A stretch of DNA of 64,000 bases from the human T2T-CHM13v2.0 reference genome, Homo sapiens. The first letter of the stretch is position 1; every line of letters starts with the position of its first letter. The notes beneath the pieces were generated by a model. It did no database searches. It saw only the letters and a program-made list of their open reading frames with translations, and was not told the origin of the DNA. This document shows positions 11,900-25,399 of the stretch, piece by piece. Location: NCBI RefSeq assembly GCF_009914755.1, contig NC_060934.1. One strand, given 5' to 3'. The position numbers and the translations under genes are program-made.

Positions 11900-14388
11900 C
11901 CTAACAGCTACCTATAGAACATTCCACCCAACAAGAGAGAATAGGTATTATCCTCCAGTGCCTATAGGGCATTCTTCCGCATGGACCATAATATACCATA
12001 AAAAAGCCTTAATACATTTAAAAAATTAAAAAAATTTAAACATAATGTTTTCTAACCATAAAGGGGTTAAATTAGAAATCAACAATGGAAAGGAATTTGA
12101 AAAATTCACATGTATGTGGATATTAACACAGTCCTAAATAACCAACGAGTAAAAAAGAAATTGCAAGATACATTTTAAAATACTTCAAAATTAATGAAAT
12201 GAGGACACAACATGACAGAGATTATGGGGGTGCAGCTAATGCAGTGTTTAAAGACAAATTTATGGCTGAAAATATACACATAAAGAAAGCCAGATAGATC
12301 TTTAATTGACAATCTAATCTCAAAATACGATATCAGGTCAATGAAGAGCAAGCTAAACACAAAGCCGTGAGAAGAAAGGAAATAACAAATATTAGAGCAG
12401 AATTAAATGAAATGCAGAATAGAAAAGCCACAGAGAAAGCCAATGAAACTAAAAGTTGGTTATTTGAAAAGAAGAAAATTGACAGATTTTTAGCTAGACT
12501 GACCAAAGAGAAAGGGAAGAAGAACCATTTCCCAAAGGAACAAAGAAAGAGGGACTTACTGACAATACTATAGAAATAAAAATTATTGTAAGATAATTGT
12601 TATAAGGTATATAATTGGCTAGCTGTGTAAAAGTTGGAAGTTCATTGACCCATGAACAACTGCATGACAGCAAATTAGATGGCTTAGATGAGACGGACAA
12701 GCATCCAGCAAGACAGAAACTATTCAAACTACTCAAGAGGAAATAGAAAATCTGAATGGGCCTAGTAAACAGATTAAAGGATTAAATGAGCAATCCCAAA
12801 ACTACCCACCAAAACAAACCAAGACCTAGTTAGCTTTATTGTTACATTTTACCAAACACTTAATAATCAACATCAATTTTTCTCAAACACTTAAGAAAAT
12901 AGAAAACACTTTGCAACTTATTCCATGAGGCTGATATTACTCTAATAGCAAAATCCAGACAAAAGACATGGTGAGAAAATCAAACCACAGATGAATATAT
13001 CTTAAAAACATAGATAAGAAAATTCTTCACAAAGTAGTAGCAAACAAAACAACCATCTACCTATAAAAGGAGTATATAACATGACCAAGGGGGATTTACC
13101 TATAAAAGAAAGATGGGATTAGCATCCTAAAATCAATTAATGAACTACACCATATCAATAGAATAAAGGATAAACAAAACATAATCATCTCAATAGATAA
13201 AAAAGAGCAGTTAATTAAATCCAACATTGTCCATGATAAAAATTGTTAACAAAATAAAAATGGAAGGGGTCTTCCTGGACCTGATAAAAGTCACCTATAA
13301 AACTCTCAACGCCAATGTCATACTCAGTGGTAAAGGCTGAATGTTGTCTCAATAAAATAAGGAACAAGGCAGGATTCCACTCTTTTCACTTCTTTTCAAT
13401 ATTAAACTGGAAGATGTGGCAGGGACAAGTAGGGAAGCAAAAGAAATACCAGGCATCCAGATTGGAAAGGAAGAAGTGAAACCATATGTAGCTGAAGATG
13501 ACATAATTGTATATAGTAAATTCTAACAAATCTATTAAAATAATTAAAACTGCTAAACGACTTCAGAAATGTTGCAGTATGCAAAATTAATATATAAAAA
13601 TTACTTCTATTTCTGTGCACTAGACATGAACAATTCAAAGTTAAAATTAAGAAAAAAATTACTTATGATAGCACTGAATTAGGAATAATTATAGCAAAAG
13701 AAATGGAATGTTTATGCTCTTAAAACTACAATAAATTGTTGAAAGAAATTAAAAAAGGTCTAGATAAATAAAAAGATATCTCATATTCATGAAATGGACA
13801 TCTTAATGTTGGTAATGTAGGATACTATTCCAATTGATCTACAGATTGAATATAATCCTATCAAGATCCCAGATGTCTTTGGCACAGAAATTGACAAACT
13901 GATACTAAATTTGCATGAAAATTCCAATGGCCCAATATAAACCAAACCTTTTTGAAGGAGAAGACAAAGTTGAAGGATTTATGCTTCCTGATTTCAAACC
14001 TTACAACAAAGCTATAGGAATCAGGACAATGTGGAACTGACATGAAGATAGATATATGGACCAATGGGACAGCATGAAGAGTATGGAAATAAAGGGTGTC
14101 AAGACCACCCTATGGGGAAGCAATTGTCTTTTCAACACATGTTTCTGGGAACTGAATATCCATATGCAAGAGAATGAATTTGATCTCTGATTCACACCAA
14201 ATAAAAAATTAATCAAAGAGCTAAATACATGACATAAAGCTATTAAACTCTTACAAGAATCGTAGGAGTAAATTGTTGTGCATTTGAATTAGGCAAGAGT
14301 TTCTTAGACATCAAAAGCATAAGCAATGAAACAAAAGATGATAAATTGAATTTAATCAAAATTAAAAACTATTGTTCTTCAAAGGACA
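11900..14388 (+). mobile_element. Old L1M ORF2 remnant (late endonuclease through RT to C-terminal region), heavily mutated
   Basis: TATAGAACATTCCACCCAACAA; ATAATCATCTCAATAGA; GATCTACAGATTGAAT; ATCAAAATTAAAAACT..TTCAAAGGACA; the track ORF RRKEITNIRAELNE..ETKSWLFEK..IDRFLARL is L1 ORF2-like. Confidence 0.92.
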
Positions 14389-14389
14389 A

Positions 14390-17130
14390 TAGTTCTTCTC
14401 TTTTTTGGAAGAATTTGAAGATAATTACTATTAATTCATTATTAAGCATGTAGTAAAATTTATCAGAGAAACCTACTGTAAATGGATTTTTCTTTGTGGG
14501 TAGATTTTTTTATTACTAATTTAATATATTAGGGGTTGTAGGTCTAATCTGATTTTCCATTTCTTTTTGTGTCAGTTTTGGTAGTCCTTTTATTTCATCT
14601 AAGTTATCTAATTTGTTGCCAATTGGTTGTTTATAGTAGTTCTATTAATCCTTTTCATTTCCTTAAGGTTGATTGTAATGTATCTTCTTTCACTTCTAAT
14701 TTAGTAATTTGACCTTTTTGTCTTTTATTCTTGGTCAATAGTCCAATGTGTTGTCAATTTTGTTTATATTTTTAAAGAACCAAAATTGAGGTTCATTGAT
14801 TTTTCTTTCTTGTTTTATCTATTGTCTAATTCTTTTATGTCCTGATAATATTTATTATTCCTTTCCTTCCTATTTCTTTGGGTTTAGTTTGCTCTTCTAT
14901 TTTTTATCCCCTTAAAATGGAAGATTAGTTTATACATCTGCAATCTTTCTTCTTTCATAGTGCTCACATTTCCAGTTACAAATTTTGATCTGAGCACTGC
15001 TTTCATTATATCTCATAAATTTTAGCATATTTTGTTTTCATTTTCATTCATATTAATGTATTTTCTTATTTTCTTGTGATTCTCCATTTTTATTGGTTTT
15101 ATAAAAAGTTATTTAGTTTTCAGATATTTGTGAATTCCATTTTTTTCTAATTTTCATCCTTTAAAGTCAGAGAACATATGTTGATTTTTACATTTTTAAC
15201 TTATTAAGACATATTTTATGGATTAACATGTGGCCTACCCTGGAGAATGTTCCATATACTCTTGAAAAAATTTTGTATTCTGCCATTGTTAGATGGGGTG
15301 TTCTATAGATGCCATGTCCAGTTGGTATATAATTCAAGTCTTATTTTCTTACTGATCTTCACTCTAGCGGCTCCAGCAATTACTGAAAGTGGACTACTAT
15401 TAAAATCTCTATTTTTGTAAAATGTGTATTTCTTCTTTCAAATTATGTTTATAAAAGGGTTGATCCATTAAAAAATGTAACAATCACAAATACTTATTCA
15501 CCTAAAAACAATGTACCAAACTGATGAAGCAAGTTAATCTTTGCTTAATTTTTACTTAAGTTATTAAGTTATTTTTTGCTTCATCAGTTTGGTACTTTTT
15601 TTTAGGTGAATACAGATTTATAATTGTTACATATTTTTGATGAATTAACCCTTTTATAAACATATAATGTCCTTCTTTGTCCTTTATAACAATTCTTAAT
15701 TTAAAGTCTATTTTGACTGATATTTGTATAGCCACCGCAGCTCTCTTTTGGTTACTATTTGCATAAATTACATCCTTTTACTTTCAATCCATTTGTGTCC
15801 TTGAATTTAATGTAAGTCTCTTATATATAACATATAGTATGATAATTTTTAAAATATGTTCTGACAATCTCTGCCTTTTATCATGTAGAAGTTAGTCAAT
15901 TACATTAAATGAAATTTCTGTTAAGTAAGGATTTCTGCCATTTAACTATTTATTTTATATATGTTTTATACCTTTTTTCTCTCACTCTCTCCATCATTTC
16001 TTTCTTTTGCATTAAATAAATATTTTCTAGTGTACAATTTCAATTCCTTTAACATTTCCTTTACTATATTTTTTGAGTTATTTTCATAGTGGGTGTCCTG
16101 CAGAGTACAATAAATATCTTAAATTATACCAATCCAGTTTAAATTAATGCCAATTTGGTCTCAAAAATATTAAAAATTTTGCTTCTATCTAGTTCTGCTC
16201 CATACTTTTTGCTGTGATTTTCACAATAGCTTCTTTATATAGTGTTTTACCATCAACCTAGATTTATAATTATTGTCTTATGCAATCATTTTTTAAAAAT
16301 AAGATAAAGAAGGAGTTGTAAACAAAACAACTCACTTATACTGTTTTTATTTTTACTTATAAGGTTATCACCCCCTGAGTCCTTCATTATTTCAGGTGGA
16401 TTTGAGATATTGTTGATTGTCCTTCTGTTTCAGCCTTAAGGACTCCCTTTAGCATTCCTTGTAAGTTAGAACTAACAACAACAGATTCTGAGCTTTTGTT
16501 TATCTGGTAACGTCTTAATTTTCCTTTCATTTTTGAAGGCATAGCTTTTCTGGAAATAATATTCTTGGTTGACAGTGTTTTCTTCAACACTAAATATATC
16601 ATCCCATTGCTTTCTGAACTTAATTGTTTTTAATGGGAAATGTGTTGTTAATTTTGCCAAGCATCCCTTGTGTGTTATAAGTTGTTTTCCTCCTACTGTT
16701 TTCAAGATTGTCTTTGAATTCCAACAATTCAGTTTTAACATATCCTAGTTTGGATATCCTGATTTTATCCTGATTGAGGTTTGTTGAACATTTTTATGTG
16801 TAGATTAAAACTTTTCTTCACATTAGGGAAAGTGTGGTTATCATTTTTTGAAATATTACCTGTGCCTCTTTCTCTCTCTGTTCTTTTTCTGAGGCCCATT
16901 TTGTGTATGCTTGTACATTTGTGGTCTCTTGCAGGTCTACACAACTCTACATTTAAAGAAAATATTTTTTCTTTTTATTCCTCAGACTGTGTCATCTCAA
17001 TTGACCTACCCTCAAGCTTACGGATTCTTTCTTCTGCCTGTGCAAGTCTTCTACTGAGACCCTGTAGTGTATTTTTCACTTCAGCTACAGTACTTCCCAA
17101 TTGGAGAATTTTCATTTGATTCTTTTAACT
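14390..17130 (-). mobile_element. Second old L1M (ORF1 and N-terminal ORF2), opposite strand
   Basis: T-rich antisense L1; CCCTGGAGAATGTTCCAT; GGACTCCCTTTAGCATTCCTTGTAAG; the minus-strand ORF RKQWDDIFSV..KNERKIKTLPDKQKL is L1 ORF1-like. Confidence 0.9.
15444..15664. repeat. Inverted duplication (arms ~89 bp, 43-bp spacer) inside the minus-strand L1
   Basis: 15444-15532 is the reverse complement of 15576-15664, with perfect 20-bp and 18-bp blocks. Confidence 0.93.
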
Positions 17131-17134
17131 CCTC

Positions 17135-17515
17135 TCTAGTAGGTTTCCAGGGCTACTATAACAAAGTGCCACAAACTGGATGGTTTAAACAACAGAAATG
17201 TATTGTCACACAGTTCTGGAGACCATAAGTTCAAAACCTCTGTGTCAGAAGCATTAGTTCCTTCTTAGGGCTCTGAGGGCAGGATCTGCTCCAGTCCTCT
17301 CTCCTTGGCTTGCAGCTGGCTGTCTTCTTCCTACATGGCCTCATGTCTCCATTCCTCTATACATGCCTATGTGTCCAAATGTTCCTAATACGCCAGTCAT
17401 ATTGGATTAAAATCCACTCAGTTACCTCATTTTAACTTGGTTATCTCTGTAAAGATGCTCCTCCTCAAGATTACACACTGAAATACTGGTGGTTAGGATT
17501 TCAACATACAAATTC
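17135..17515 (-). mobile_element. MLT1 (A0/B-like) MaLR solo LTR
   Basis: AGGGCTACTATAACAAAGTGCCACAAACTGGATGGTTTAAACAACAGAAATGTATT..CAGTTCTGGAG; GTTAGGATTTCAACATA end. Confidence 0.87.
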
Positions 17516-17519
17516 CAGT

Positions 17520-17778
17520 GAATGTGAGCTGTTAACTTTTATGACTACCATTACACTGGGGAGGGAGAAATGGTACTGGGGTAAGTCAAATCTCTCTGGA
17601 GTTTGCTGTTCCTTCTGAGAATAAGCTCTTTTTTCTTAAAAAAGTGTCCCCCAGGATGCTGCAAGCCTTTGGTTCATTTCCTGAGTTCTAAAAATGTTGA
17701 ATCTAACAATTTTGCCAGGTTTTCACAGCTTTTATGAAAAAAACAGAATTTGGAGTTGCATACTTCACAATTTTCTAT
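17520..17778 (-). mobile_element. L1M 5'-end fragment, probably continuing the 14390-17130 element
   Basis: GCTGCAAGCCTTTGGTTCATTTCCTGAGTTCTAAAAATGTTGA..ACAATTTTGCCAG resembles L1M 5' ends. Confidence 0.6.
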
Positions 17779-17839
17779 TTATTTGCTCTTAAAAGGTGTG
17801 TATGTATGTGTGTGTGTGTGCAACGAAGCAAAGTTTTAT

Positions 17840-18500
17840 AGTTTTACTTGTTTAGGACATGTGCGAAATAATTTTTAAAAACTCACTATTGTTCTTTAAT
17901 AATATTTCTAATTATTTGTTTAGTTTTCACATATAGTTATGTCATTTATTTTTAATAGTGAGAAAATATTCCATTGTGTGAATATATCAACATTTATGTA
18001 TTTATTATTTTATTGATAGTCATTTTCCTCAGTTTTATTACAAACACTGATATTTGAACATTCTTATATGTGTTTCTTTGGGCCCATGCTCAAGACTCTC
18101 TTTAGGGTGTACTCTAATACCAATGAGTTAAATCACAGACTCATAGATATGTACATCTTCAACACTACTAGCTAATGTCAAATTGTTTTCTTAAATATAT
18201 TTCCCAATTTACACTTGCACCTACATGAAAGGAAGTCCATTTTGTTCTAGATATCCTTTCACAGTTTGTATTGCTAGGTTTAATTTGAGTGAGTGTGTGT
18301 GGATACTTATCCATTTTGATTGCTGTTCATTGTAATTCTTAAATGTGAATCTATGCTTTGGTGTCTATAAATAATTTGGAAAATTTCCGTGACATTATTT
18401 ATTCAGGTATATCTTTTGCATGAGCAAATGCACTGGTCTTCTTGGGGGAAATGTATTAATGGTCTTGATAACCTAGTAAGTTTTTGTTTGAATATCTTCA
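17840..18500 (-). mobile_element. L1ME-type 3' region
   Basis: TATTCCATTGTGTGAATATATCA; GAACATTCTTATATGTGT; CAAATTGTTTTC..CAATTTACAC. Confidence 0.7.
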
Positions 18501-18799
18501 TGAAGATTAGTGTTGGAAATGAGTGTATGGCATTAAACAAAAATCATAAAATGTTTTTCCCCTATGGAAAGAAACAGTAGAAAAATGTTAGATCATCCAT
18601 ATGAACACCTCTTGAAATACATATGAACATCAGTGATAGCTGCCTGTTTTTGTTTGGGCTGTAAGTGGAAGAAAAAACCCAAAATGATAATTCAGAATTT
18701 AGAACTTTTATATCACATTGGTTTGGAGTGGGAATTTAAACAGCAAACTTTGTGTGCAAATAACACAAGCTGAAAAAACAACTAAACTTAAGGGATTTT

Positions 18800-19705
18800 A
18801 AATAAAAACAAATCAACATAAAAGCGCTTACAATAAAAATAGAAAACACAGGAAAACACTGTGCTTTCTATTTTTATTATAAAACTGGAAAATAGATTTT
18901 TGTGGGGACAACACGATAATCAAAGTCAAAAAACACAAGAAAAAGCGGAATTAGACACTCAAGAACTAAACGTAAGAGAGTAGTAATATTAAGATCAATT
19001 CTAAAAATACAGTTGAATTGATTAAAACCAAGCAAATAATAGAAGTCGTGATGTATGAAGAATGGGAAAATTGATATTTCTGTAAGTTAAGTGGAGCACC
19101 TATAAATTTAAAAGCATAGATATGGCAATTAAATCCAATTATTTGATTTATCTTAAGAAGGAATTAATGAACTACGTGGGTGATTGAGCTTTATAAATTT
19201 ATCAGAATTGATTAGAGATGACAAAATAGAAAATATCAAATAGAAATGAAGAATTATGAAGGATGCAATGATAGACTCCAATTTCCATTAAAAGTATCAG
19301 AATAGGAAGTTGATAAGATGGAAGAGAAGAGATGATTCATTTTCCAGAAAGTGTGAACAAATACATTCCTCAAATTTTAGATTAACAAGGAACTCAAAAC
19401 AGGACATATAAAAATAAATTACACTGAGATGATGTATTACAACTTCTCAATACCAAACAATGATGTTCTAAGACTGAAAACAAAAATAGATGATAAAAGG
19501 CACCAGAGCTCTATCACCAGAGAGGTTGTTACTAAATAGCATGGGAAAATAAGGATGTTTCCATCTGATGGAAGTAACCACTTACATAAAAACATCTAAC
19601 AGAGGATATTTTTCAAGAAAAATAAACTCTACATGATGGGCCTAGGATTCCAAAAATGAAGATGAGTAAAGATATTAGTAAACAAGAGAGGGAATTACAT
19701 AAACA
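18800..19705 (+). mobile_element. Very degenerate L1ME/HAL1 ORF1-region remnant
   Basis: A-rich, with an ORF1-like layout; no intact motif. Confidence 0.35.
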
Positions 19706-19710
19706 TAGTC

Positions 19711-20484
19711 TGTGTGGGAGACTAAAAAAAGATATGCCCCATCACCTCCTCCAAATTATATCCTTGAGTACCCTGAGTTCCACATCCACACATTCAACCC
19801 GTTGCTAGTTGAAAATATTTTAAAAACAATAAAAATAATAATACAACAATAAAAATACAAATAAAAATAAAGCATAGCAAGTATTTACTTATCATTTATA
19901 TTGTATTAGGTGTTATAAGTAACCTATAGATTATTTAAAGTTTATGCAAGGATATGCATAGGTTATATGAAAATACTGCACCATTTATATCTGACACTTG
20001 AGCATCTGTGAATTTTGATATCAATAGGGGATCCTGGAACCATTCCCTTGTGGATACCAAGGGATGAATTTATCCATCTTCACTTTCTAATTCATGTAAC
20101 ATTAAAATATTACCTTACTTACAAAGAAGGGTCTTTGCATATGTAATAAAATGAAGTATCTTGAGATGCCATCATCCTGGATTATCTGAACATCCTCACA
20201 AGCATTCTTGTAAGAAAAGAGCAGAGGGAGCTTGGGCAGACACACAGGAGAAGATGTGTGTCCACAGAGACTGGAGCCATGTGGCCACAAGCCAAGGAGT
20301 GCTGGCAGTCACTAAAAGCTGGAAGAGACAGGAAGACTTCCATCTTGGGGCCTTCGGAGTGAGTGCACCTGTGCTGAAACCTCAACTTCGGACTTCGGGC
20401 CTCCAGGGCTGTGATGAGAACAGATTTCTTGTTTGAAGCCTCCCATTTCATACCTTTTTGCCACAGTGGCAAGAAACTAACACA
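19711..20484 (+). mobile_element. MLT1 (C/D-like) MaLR solo LTR interrupted by MER2
   Basis: GTCTTTGCATATGTAAT..CTTGAGATG..TCATCCTGGATTATC; GCCACAAGCCAAGGAGTGC..AAGCTGGAAGAG; GAAACTAACACA end. Confidence 0.87.
19759..20070 (-). mobile_element. MER2 (TcMar-Tigger) nested in MLT1
   Basis: TTGTATTAGGTGTTATAAGTAACCTA; GCATAGGTTATATG; CCTGGAACCATTCCC..GGATACCAAGGGATGA followed by TA. Confidence 0.87.
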
Positions 20485-20874
20485 TGGTAGGACCAATTTA
20501 CTGAATGGACTGGACTCAATTGGAGTAGAGTGTCATTCATGAAATGGTACAAGAAAGGATATAATGAAGATGTGAGCAAGAATTGATAAAATAGAGAAAA
20601 ACAGTTAGGCCAAATTAATAACTAAAAATCCTGGCTCTCAGTAAAAATAACAACACAGAAAAACCACCATTGAATATAATCGAGGAAAAAAAGGAGCAAG
20701 TACACTTTGGGGCTGCCCATCATCCTCCAGATGTCATATGGAAGGCTCCTCTGTGTAAGACATAGTGACAGGTGTCTGTCTTCCCATCCTACCCCATCAC
20801 CTAATCAGTCTCACACACAGAAGAATTTGTATACACTTTTCTGGGTAAATAAAATGCAATATTCGTATGGATTC

Positions 20875-21244
20875 TGTATTCATTTTTTCTCACACTGCTA
20901 TAAGGACATACCTGAGGCTGGGTAATTTATAAAAGAAAGATGTTTAATTGACTCAGTTTTGCACAGCTGGGGAGGCCTCAGGAAACATATGATCTTGGTG
21001 TAAGGGGAAGCAAACATGTCCTTCTTCATATGGCAGAAAGAGAAAGAAGAATGAGAGGAAAGGGAGGAAAAGCCCCTTATAAAACCATCAGACCTCGTGA
21101 GAACTCACTGTCACGAGAACAGTATAAGGGTAACCACCTCCATGATTCAATTACCTCCCACCATGTCCCTTCCATGACATGTGGGGATTATGGCAGCTAC
21201 AATTTGAGATGAGATTTGGGTGGGGACACAGCCAAACCATATCA
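20875..21244 (-). mobile_element. THE1 (C/D-like) MaLR solo LTR
   Basis: TGTATT..CACACTGCTATAAGGACATACCTGAGGCTGGGTAATTTATAA ... GAGATTTGGGTGGGGACACAGCCAAACCATATCA; imperfect TSD GATTC/GACCC. Confidence 0.93.
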
Positions 21245-22699
21245 GACCCCTTATAAACAGACTTGCCATGTGTAAAACTCACAATAAACATGAAAGTAAA
21301 TGCCTGTTAAGGAGGAGCAAGCTGGTTCTGAACTTTATGGTCCTGAATGGCAGAGGACCAGCCTCTGCCATCACCATAGATACATCTAACCAGCTGAGGC
21401 TTCTAAGAGCCCTGAGCAGGAATGGGCTGCACCTGTCCCAAACCCAGAAAAAGCTGACATCTGTGTGCAGAACTGGCTCCACTAGGGAGCAGGTATAGGA
21501 AAAAGGTGATCTCGAGGTGATTCTTAACACACTAAAGAGAAAATAATGCAATCAGTTTCTATGTCCCATGGGGGGATCCAAATGACAGACAGGTGTGTAT
21601 GTAAGGTGAACCAGAACTTGAAAAACAAAAGGAACAATGTGGCAAAGAATAATCTTGGCTTTAGATCCAAGGGGGTGAAACTGTACGTGTCCAGAATATG
21701 ACACAGGATGAGGGTGTCAGTTTCCCGTGGACAACTGGCCAGGCAGTGCAGCAGGGGAGGGACGTGGGGAGAAGGAGGGGAGCTCTACACGCTCTTAGGT
21801 GTCCCGGGCGATGTGGAAATTCCCAGCAACTAAAAGTCCAAAAACATCAGGGAATGTCCAGACTCCAAGGGAAATTGGTAATCTCTGGTCTTCTTTTAGC
21901 ACAACTATCCTAGCACCATTGTCTATTATTGCCCTAGCACCTCGACCCTGTGTGTCTCTGTCCTCTTTCCAGGAAGAGATGGCTTAAAGAGATGACTTAA
22001 ATAGGACACACACCTCTTACTTAGCCGTTTCTTCTCTCATCCCTGGCAGAGTATGCCGATCCCAAAATGCAAATCCAAAGAGACATTTTGATAGATGAAC
22101 GTGCTTTTGAAAGTTTAAACCAAATCCTTGCCATTATTTATAACTTTTCATCTTAACAGTGCAGTATTTTTTTGTCTTGCATAAATACAAAAGTTATCTC
22201 TTAAACTATTCCAGATAAAATTTTTATACAGCTCTTCACCGCCTCATTCACTTTCTCTTTATAAGTTTCTCTTTTCGAATCCTATTATCCCCTCAAGCAT
22301 TGCACATAATTTTTCTCTGCTTGTTAGCGTACTGGCTTGCTAACTCCAATTCTTTATTGCATGCAGGGTATTTGTTCATGCTTACGATCTAGATCTCACC
22401 AACCATCAATTGAGTTGAAAGGGTGCCTCTTTCAGCAATGAATCTCTTACTTTATTCTCATCAGCATAATCTTCCATATCATTTCATCTTCACTTTTGTT
22501 CAATGCTTTGTGTCAATTTCTCTATTCCAGCTGAAATTGTTATTTTGTCACATCATCAACTAAATATAACCATCAAGTCTCTCTCTCTCTATCTCTCTCG
22601 TTTTCAATCCTTATCTCTCTCTCCCTTTCATAAGCAACCTTGAGCTTCACCTTCAGTTGAGATGCTGGCAATTAGTAATATCTATAATATTTCTGGCCA

Positions 22700-23060
22700 G
22701 GGTATTTGCATAACTTTATGGAACACCTATATGCAAGGCACATTGCCCGGAGTTGTGAAGTAGCTATCAATAAGTCAGACTTATTTTTGCTCAGAAGCAG
22801 TTTGTTGTGCACCACAGAAGTTAAGATATGCATTTGTATACATGAATACAAACAGTTTTATCACCCAACAAAACATGATGATTACCATGTTGGTGATGCT
22901 GTTGCCCTGGGAGTGGAGATTAAAGTCAGAACCACAGCTTGCTCAGGTGACTGGAGCAAGAAGTGGAAGAGGTGGCATTTGAGTTAAGATTTGAATAGCA
23001 ACCAAGGTACTCAGAGAGGAAAGGCAGACAAGCTGGACCAGAGAAGTCAGTTAGACAAGA
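22700..23060 (-). mobile_element. L2 fragment
   Basis: TTTATGGAACACCTATATGCAAGGCACATTG; GAGGTGGCATTTGAGTTAAGATTTGAA. Confidence 0.6.
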
Positions 23061-23899
23061 TCTTTAACAATCTATGTTCATAAACATTACATTGATAGAG
23101 ACTTAACATTAAAATAGGGTGGGATCAACTTTTCTGCAAGTGGAAGAGTTTTAGAGATTCTCATCTTTAATCTAGTGATCATGATTAGAATGTCCATGCA
23201 TCTGCAGATATGATATTTTAAATCAAGCCAACCTCCTGGTCCTGCTGTGAAAGCATCACTGAATAATGATAGTTACACAACCTGGAATCTTCAATATGTA
23301 GGCTCGGTTCCAGAAATCTTGAGTGTTGATGCCCAGAAGACTTTCTCCTGTGAATACAAAAGAGAAAATACAGCTTAGGACCTGTGATGGAGAGCAGGCA
23401 TTCCCTCTTCAGTATGCTGAGAAGAAATTTCTCAGATCCCGATTTCTAGTGCAAAACGGTTTCTTCCACGTCTCTGTTAAATGTTCTTTTGCTATTCCCT
23501 GTGAAGCATGTTGATTTTATGAAGGTATGGAAATTCTCCTAGTGACTCGAGATTGGCTTGGTTTTCATCTTTCCCAGGTCATTCTGGAACACTGGAGATT
23601 CCAGAGCTGTTATGCGTCGTTCCGGGACATGATTCAGGCTTAGGGCTTCCAGGTCTTGGCAGTGAGGAGGGAATGGGGACTCTACCATGGAGAAGACAGG
23701 ATTCCTCTTTGGTCCATGACTCAAAAAGCCACAGGGATGCTCCATGACTATTACAAGACTTCAAAATTACAGTTAATTTGAAGGTAACAAAATATGTAAC
23801 GTGGCTTACATATTTCCCCCAAGTAGTAACACCGTTATCTGCCATGTTTGTAAACCCAGTGTTCCTGCCTGGGATCCCCCACCCCCTTGCTTAGTGGTC

Positions 23900-24700
23900 A
23901 GCAGCTTTGACAGAAGTGCCTGCCCTCCCCCAACGGCATTCTTCACTGAACTCCAGGAGCCTCCTTCTCTCGGTTTCCCTTCCACGCCACTGGTGCTCAT
24001 TTTCTCCCAGTCTGGGTCCTCGTCCTCTCCATCTTCTGATAAGCACTCAGTCCTCTAGCCTCCGTGGATTTCTCTCCTCACTCGGCTCTGTGGTGATTCC
24101 ATCCATTCTCCTGGCACCTGTACAACTCGGTTCATCAGTGGCCTCCTGAACTGAAGACGTCCACCACCAAATCCATCTTCATCTTTCCTCCACCCACAGA
24201 CCTAAGCTTGATCTTGCAAATTCTTCACGTCTGTAAACGGCAATTTGGTTCTTCCAACTTTTTGAGCAAAAACTCCCACATACTCTTGATTTTTCTCTTT
24301 TTCTTAGTTCCCGTGCTCAATTGCTAGCATATGCTGTTGAATTTGCCCTCCAAACCTGCAGTATCCAATGGCTGCTTATTCACCCTGTGTCCAGTCTAGG
24401 CGGAGGCAAAGCATCCCTCACTGGGTTGATGGCAGCTGCTGGTTTCAGATTTACTTCCTCTTTTTATCACCCTGCACCCCCACCCAGCTTTCTTCTCTCC
24501 ACAGCCATCAGCATGATCCACTTAATGTAGGAACATGACACTTTCTGCTCAAATACACCCGAAGTGAAAGCCATAGTCCCTCAGGGCCCCAGGCCTGACA
24601 CAGGCCAGTCTTCATTATCTCCAGTGGTGCTTCTTGGAGACTTCTCACTTCAATGATCTTCTCTAAAAGCCTTGACTTCCTTGCTGCCCCTCAAACAGAT
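23900..24700 (+). mobile_element. L2 fragment
   Basis: CT-rich L2 3' ORF pattern; TCTTGATTTTTCTCTTT; CAGCCATCAGCATGATC..CACTTTCTGCTCAAA. Confidence 0.65.
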
Positions 24701-24789
24701 GGAGAGCATCACAACAGATTCTACAACATTAAAAGGGTTACAAGGTAATCTAATGGTCAACAAATTGATGGGAACAGACAGGTTTTTCT

Positions 24790-25057
24790 AAAGCCAGCAG
24801 TCACCTTATTCCCACCTCCACATCCTTCCTTCCTCGCATCTCTCTGACTGAGCCTCTGCCTTCCTCTTTCCCTCCCAAGGACTCTCATGATTGCAGAGGA
24901 GTCACCTAGAAAATCCAGGAACACCTCCCACCTCAAGGCCCTAACTTAAATGACACCTGCAAAATCCCTTTTGCCACATAAGGTAATGTAATATCTTCAC
25001 AAGTTCTGGAGATGAAGATGTGGATATCTTTGGGGGTCATTATTCTGCCCACCACCA
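24790..25057 (-). mobile_element. MLT1 partial LTR, flanked by L1 fragments (24705-24790 and 25060-25370)
   Basis: CTGCAAAATCCCTTTTGCCACATAAGGTAA..GTTCTGGAGAT..TGGATATCTTTGGGGGTCATTATTCTGCCCACCAC. Confidence 0.82.
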
Positions 25058-25399
25058 GATAACAGACCTAAATGTAAAAGCTGAAAATGTAAAGTGTATA
25101 TAAAAAATTGAATATTTTTGAGACTTTGAGGCCAACTATTTCTTATATATTACACAAAAAGCAATAAACAAAAAGGAAATAAATATTTAAAATATCCCTT
25201 TTTCAATAGATAATAATAAGAATATGAAAAGTCAAATCACAGATTCAGAGAACATATTTGTAAAACACACATTTGATACAGGATTTGTATCCAGATATAT
25301 GAAGAATTCCCCTGGGAGGGATGAAAATTCAAACAACCCAATGACATTGGGCAGCAGATGTAAATTTATAAGAGAGGGTCTTGGCATGGCCATGAGTGA

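Noticed and set aside
11900-17130. Opposed L1 segments as a single twin-primed element
   Set aside because: They overlap by ~1 kb of the same ORF2 region and look highly diverged from each other, which fits two independent insertions better
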